Shown here: piece after piece, positions 34,157-38,076 of the stretch
Layout of the letters: each line of letters opens with the position of its first letter
How positions within the stretch are numbered: position 1 is the stretch's first letter
Assembly (NCBI RefSeq): GCF_001194135.2
Contig: NC_068985.1
Span: forward strand, 117,808,509 to 117,846,584
Length of the DNA stretch: 38,076 nucleotides
DNA from: Octopus bimaculoides
Lineage: Eukaryota
Direction: 5' to 3'
Position numbers and translations under genes: made by a program
The notes under the pieces: generated by a model
Database searches by the model: none
Told to the model about the DNA's origin: nothing
Seen by the model: the letters and a program-made list of their open reading frames with translations, nothing else

Positions 34157-34340
34157 CTTGGATGGGTTTGTTGTCCAAGGGAAAAGGCAAAGGCCGATGC
34201 AGTTTGGCACTACTGACATCACAACTCATTTCTGCAGATGAGTGGATTGGAGCAACGTGAGATAAAGTGTCTTGCTCAAGAACGCCACACACACAGCCCA
34301 GTCTGGGAATCGAACTCACAACTTCACAATTGTAAGACCA
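34157..34340 (-). mobile_element. SINE family C, 5' portion; 33790-33857 is probably its 3' portion
   Basis: gagtggattggagcaacgtgagataaagtgtcttgctcaagaac and gggaatcgaactcac (B box on the minus strand) match 6330-6450. Contiguity with 33790-33857 rests on my recollection of this family, not on a second full copy in the window. Confidence 0.7.
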
Positions 34341-34342
34341 AC

Positions 34343-34380
<38 letters not shown>

Positions 34381-35208
34381 NNNNNNNNNNNNNNNNNNNN
34401 NNNNNNNNNNNNNNNNNNNNNNNNNNNNNNNNNNNNNNNNNNNNNNNNNNNNNNNNNNNNNNNNNNNNNNNNNNNNNNNNNNNNNNNNNNNNNNNNNNNN
34501 NNNNNNNNNNNNNNNNNNNNNNNNNNNNNNNNNNNNNNNNNNNNNNNNNNNNNNNNNNNNNNNNNNNNNNNNNNNNNNNNNNNNNNNNNNNNNNNNNNNN
34601 NNNNNNNNNNNNNNNNNNNNNNNNNNNNNNNNNNNNNNNNNNNNNNNNNNNNNNNNNNNNNNNNNNNNNNNNNNNNNNNNNNNNNNNNNNNNNNNNNNNN
34701 NNNNNNNNNNNNNNNNNNNNNNNNNNNNNNNNNNNNNNNNNNNNNNNNNNNNNNNNNNNNNNNNNNNNNNNNNNNNNNNNNNNNNNNNNNNNNNNNNNNN
34801 NNNNNNNNNNNNNNNNNNNNNNNNNNNNNNNNNNNNNNNNNNNNNNNNNNNNNNNNNNNNNNNNNNNNNNNNNNNNNNNNNNNNNNNNNNNNNNNNNNNN
34901 NNNNNNNNNNNNNNNNNNNNNNNNNNNNNNNNNNNNNNNNNNNNNNNNNNNNNNNNNNNNNNNNNNNNNNNNNNNNNNNNNNNNNNNNNNNNNNNNNNNN
35001 NNNNNNNNNNNNNNNNNNNNNNNNNNNNNNNNNNNNNNNNNNNNNNNNNNNNNNNNNNNNNNNNNNNNNNNNNNNNNNNNNNNNNNNNNNNNNNNNNNNN
35101 NNNNNNNNNNNNNNNNNNNNNNNNNNNNNNNNNNNNNNNNNNNNNNNNNNNNNNNNNNNNNNNNNNNNNNNNNNNNNNNNNNNNNNNNNNNNNNNNNNNN
35201 NNNNNNNG

Positions 35209-35300
35209 AGGGAGAGCAGGAGGGAGAGCAGGAGGGAGAGCAGGAGGGAGAGCAGGAGGGAGAGCAGGAGGGAGAGCAGGAGGGAGAGCAGGAGGGAGAG
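35209..35300. repeat. 12-bp minisatellite (AGGGAGAGCAGG)n, 7 full units running into a gap
   Basis: Direct reading of the sequence. Confidence 0.95.
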
Positions 35301-35544
35301 AGAGTAATAGATGTGCAGAGGTACATAGAAAGGCAAATAGACGGAAGATATTAATAGTGGGAGAAAGTGAAAGAGGGGGATATAGAGATCAAGAAGGGGA
35401 GGGGGAGGAGAGGAGCAGAAGAGAGTTAGAAAGCTGAGTCGAAGAAGAGAGAAAACTTGTAGAAAGAGAAAGAGATTGTTTTGATTGAATAAAGTAAGTC
35501 ATGAATATGGCGACTGAGAGAAAGAGCTGTATAGAAGAATGGTG

Positions 35545-36010
35545 AGAGAGAATGAGAGACAGAGAGAGACAGAGAGAGAGAGACAGAGATAGAGAGACAG
35601 ACAGAGAGAGACAGACAGAGAGAGACAGAGACAGACACTGAGAGACAGACAGACAGACAGAGACAGAGACAGACAGACAGAAAGAGAGAGACAGAGAGAG
35701 ACAGAGAGAGAGACAGAGAGAGAGAGACAGAGAGAGACAGAGAGAGACAGAGAGAGACAGAGAGAGACAGAGAGAGACAGACAGACAGACAGAGACAGAC
35801 AGAGACAGACAGAGAGAGACAGGCAGAGAGAGACAGACAGAGACAGACAGATAGGGAGAGACAGAGAGAGACAGAGAGAGACAGAGAGAGACAGAGACAG
35901 ACAGACAGAGAGAGAGAGACAGAGAGACACGGAGAGACATAGAGAGACAGAGAGAGACAGACAGACAGACAGACAGGCAGAGAGAGACAGACAGACAGAC
36001 ACACAGAGAG
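35545..36010. repeat. Complex (GA)n/(GACA)n purine-strand satellite
   Basis: Direct reading of the sequence. Confidence 0.95.
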
Positions 36011-36449
36011 CGTGGATGAAGGGGAGGGGTGTTAAGAAAAGAAACATAAATGGCAGAAGGTGTTAGGCAGGTGTTAGTTATAGTATGAGGTAAAACAGAT
36101 AGAGAGGGTGGTAATGAGGTGGAAGGAGGAGGAGGAGGAGGAGGAGGAGAGAAAATCGAGCAGAAAGAAAGAAAGAAAGAAAGAAAGAACTTAGAACAAG
36201 GTGGTGAAGAGAGAAACTAAGTTGGAGAGGAAATGAAGAAGAAGAGAACAGGAGTGAGTGAGGTTGGCTGGAAGAATATCTGAGAGACAAAGTGGTGAGT
36301 GACAATTATAGGATGAAGATAAGAAGTGGATGAGAGAGAGAGAGAGAGAGTGAGAGAGATAGCGTGTGAGATACGGTGAGAGATACAAAGAGAGAGAGAG
36401 AGAGAGAGAAATCGATAGATCGGTAGATCGATTGTTGCGCCCTTCACTA

Positions 36450-36490
36450 AATTATTATTATTATTATTATCCAAACTGCTACATTTCGGT

Positions 36491-36538
<48 letters not shown>

Positions 36539-36570
36539 CGATGGCGATGATGATGAGGAAGAGGAGGAGG

Positions 36571-36607
<37 letters not shown>

Positions 36608-36691
36608 CGATGATGACGATGACGATGACGATGATGATGAGGAAGAGGAGGAGGATGATGATGATGATGATGATGTGGTGGAGGAAGAGGA

Positions 36692-36739
<48 letters not shown>

Positions 36740-36790
36740 GAGAAAGAAAGAAAGAAAGGAGAAAGAAAGAAAGAAAGAAAGAAAAGAAAA
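36450..36790. repeat. (ATT)n, (GAT)/(GAC)/(GAG)n and (GAAA)n compound microsatellite
   Basis: Direct reading; gatgatgatgaggaagaggaggagga occurs twice. Confidence 0.95.
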
Positions 36791-37189
36791 TGGCGAAGCA
36801 CAGCAAGGTTGGAAATAGCAACAGAGCTGTTTGAAAAGCGTGCGTTGTGATAAGAGAAAGTGTAATATTAGTTATTTGATGCACTCTACAGGAAAATAAT
36901 TATACTATTGTCGGTGTGAACACATAGACAGTCCTGTAATTAGCCTCTCTGTAAAGTAATTTTGGAATTAAAGCCATGAGGAAAAATAAGTGAGTGTCTG
37001 CCGTCCGCAAATGGAGAGATCGTTACGCCGTTATTCACATCTGGTTAGGTCTCGTCAGCCAAGGAAATGCTAGCGCAGGAGTTTTGTTTATTTTTATTTT
37101 ACTTATTTTATTTTATTTTTTTTTTGTACGGTTATCGATATGTATTTGGTATAAATGTGTATTGGTAGTTATTTGGTATGTACTGATAT

Positions 37190-37497
37190 CTTTACTCTTT
37201 TACTCTTTTACTCTTTTACTTGTTTCAGTCATTTGACTGTGGCCATGCTGGAGCACCGCCTTTTAGTCGAGCAAACCGACCCCAGGACTTATCTTTTGGA
37301 AGCCTAGTACTTATTCTATCGGTCTCTTTTGCCGAACCGNNNNNNNNNNCAGTTTCCGTCTACCAAATCCACTCACAGGGCTTTGCTCGGCCCGAGGCTA
37401 TAGTAGAAGACACTTGCCCAAGGTGCCACGCAGTGGGACTGAACCCGGAACCATGTGGTTCGTAAGCAAGCTACTTACCACACAGCCACTCCTACGC
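37190..37497 (-). mobile_element. SINE family A, central tract collapsed into a 10-N gap
   Basis: Tail at 37190-37339 and head at 37350-37497 match the other copies. Confidence 0.9.
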
Positions 37498-37599
37498 CTA
37501 TATCTGTTAGTATGTAATTTATATTTTGCCGTCTCCTTTATTTTTTTCTTTGCTTCAGTCTTTTGTATGTATATCTTCTCTTTTATCAATGATTTTTTT

Positions 37600-37768
37600 T
37601 TTACTTGTTTCAGTCATTTGAATGCGGCCATGCCGGAGCACCGGCTTTAGTCGAACAAATCAACCCCATGTCTATTTTGCCCAACCGCTAAGTTACGGAG
37701 ACGTAAACACACCAACATCGGTTGTCAAGCGATGGTGGGAAGCAACACAGACACATAAACACACACAC

Positions 37769-37802
<34 letters not shown>

Positions 37803-37941
37803 CGGGCTTCTTTCAGTTTCCGTCTACCAAATCCACTCACAAGGCTCTGTTCGGCCCGAAGCTATAGTAGAAGACACTTGCCCAAAGTGCCACGCACTGA
37901 GACTGAACCTGAGACCATATCGTTAGGAAGCAAGCTTTTTA

Positions 37942-37945
<4 letters not shown>
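37600..37945 (-). mobile_element. SINE family A, second tandem copy
   Basis: ttacttgtttcagtcatttgaatgcggccatgccggagcacc...(CA)(TA)n...gacgggcttctttcagtttccgtctaccaaatccactcacaagg...gactgaacc. Confidence 0.9.
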
Positions 37946-37972
<27 letters not shown>

Positions 37973-38076
37973 GATTCAGATGAATATGGTACTTAAGTTG
38001 AGGCACCAGAATTTAGTACGGTATTATCCATACAATTTCAAGTGTATGGAAGTCCGTCGCTTATACATATATATAT

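Noticed and set aside
35209-36010. Regularly spaced repeats as a CRISPR-like or coding repeat array
   Set aside because: Contiguous 12-bp units and GA/GACA satellite with no unique spacers, in a eukaryotic context.
36366-36834. Asp/Glu/Lys-rich ORF resembling an acidic or nucleolar protein
   Set aside because: Composed entirely of (ATT), (GAT), (GAG) and (GAAA) microsatellites; other frames give equally homopolymeric ORFs.

Overview
AT-rich eukaryotic DNA, dense in microsatellites and broken by many N gaps. The repeat content suggests a short-read octopus (cephalopod) assembly; this is an inference, not a database match. I find no credible host protein-coding exon: nearly all long ORFs in the track are microsatellite or N-gap artefacts. 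Main content: (i) five decayed fragments of R4/Dong-clade non-LTR retrotransposons (reverse transcriptase plus restriction-like endonuclease) between 14.6 and 24.7 kb, three of them stacked on the minus strand and separated by (AAT)n/(AAC)n tracts; (ii) two copies of a ~560-bp non-coding element, each bounded by (AAT)n on both sides, which shares a ~130-nt block with the sequence just upstream of one R4 ORF; (iii) a fold-back mariner remnant built from two transposase 5' ends; (iv) at least four tRNA-derived SINE-like families; (v) several hairpin/MITE-like elements; (vi) faint Penelope-like traces (a GIY-YIG remnant and degenerate minimal hammerhead motifs). The best candidate for an undescribed system is a microsatellite-targeted retroelement guild: R4/Dong LINEs, an internally deleted derivative and the 560-bp non-autonomous partner, apparently piling into (AAT)n tracts, some of which are SINE tails.
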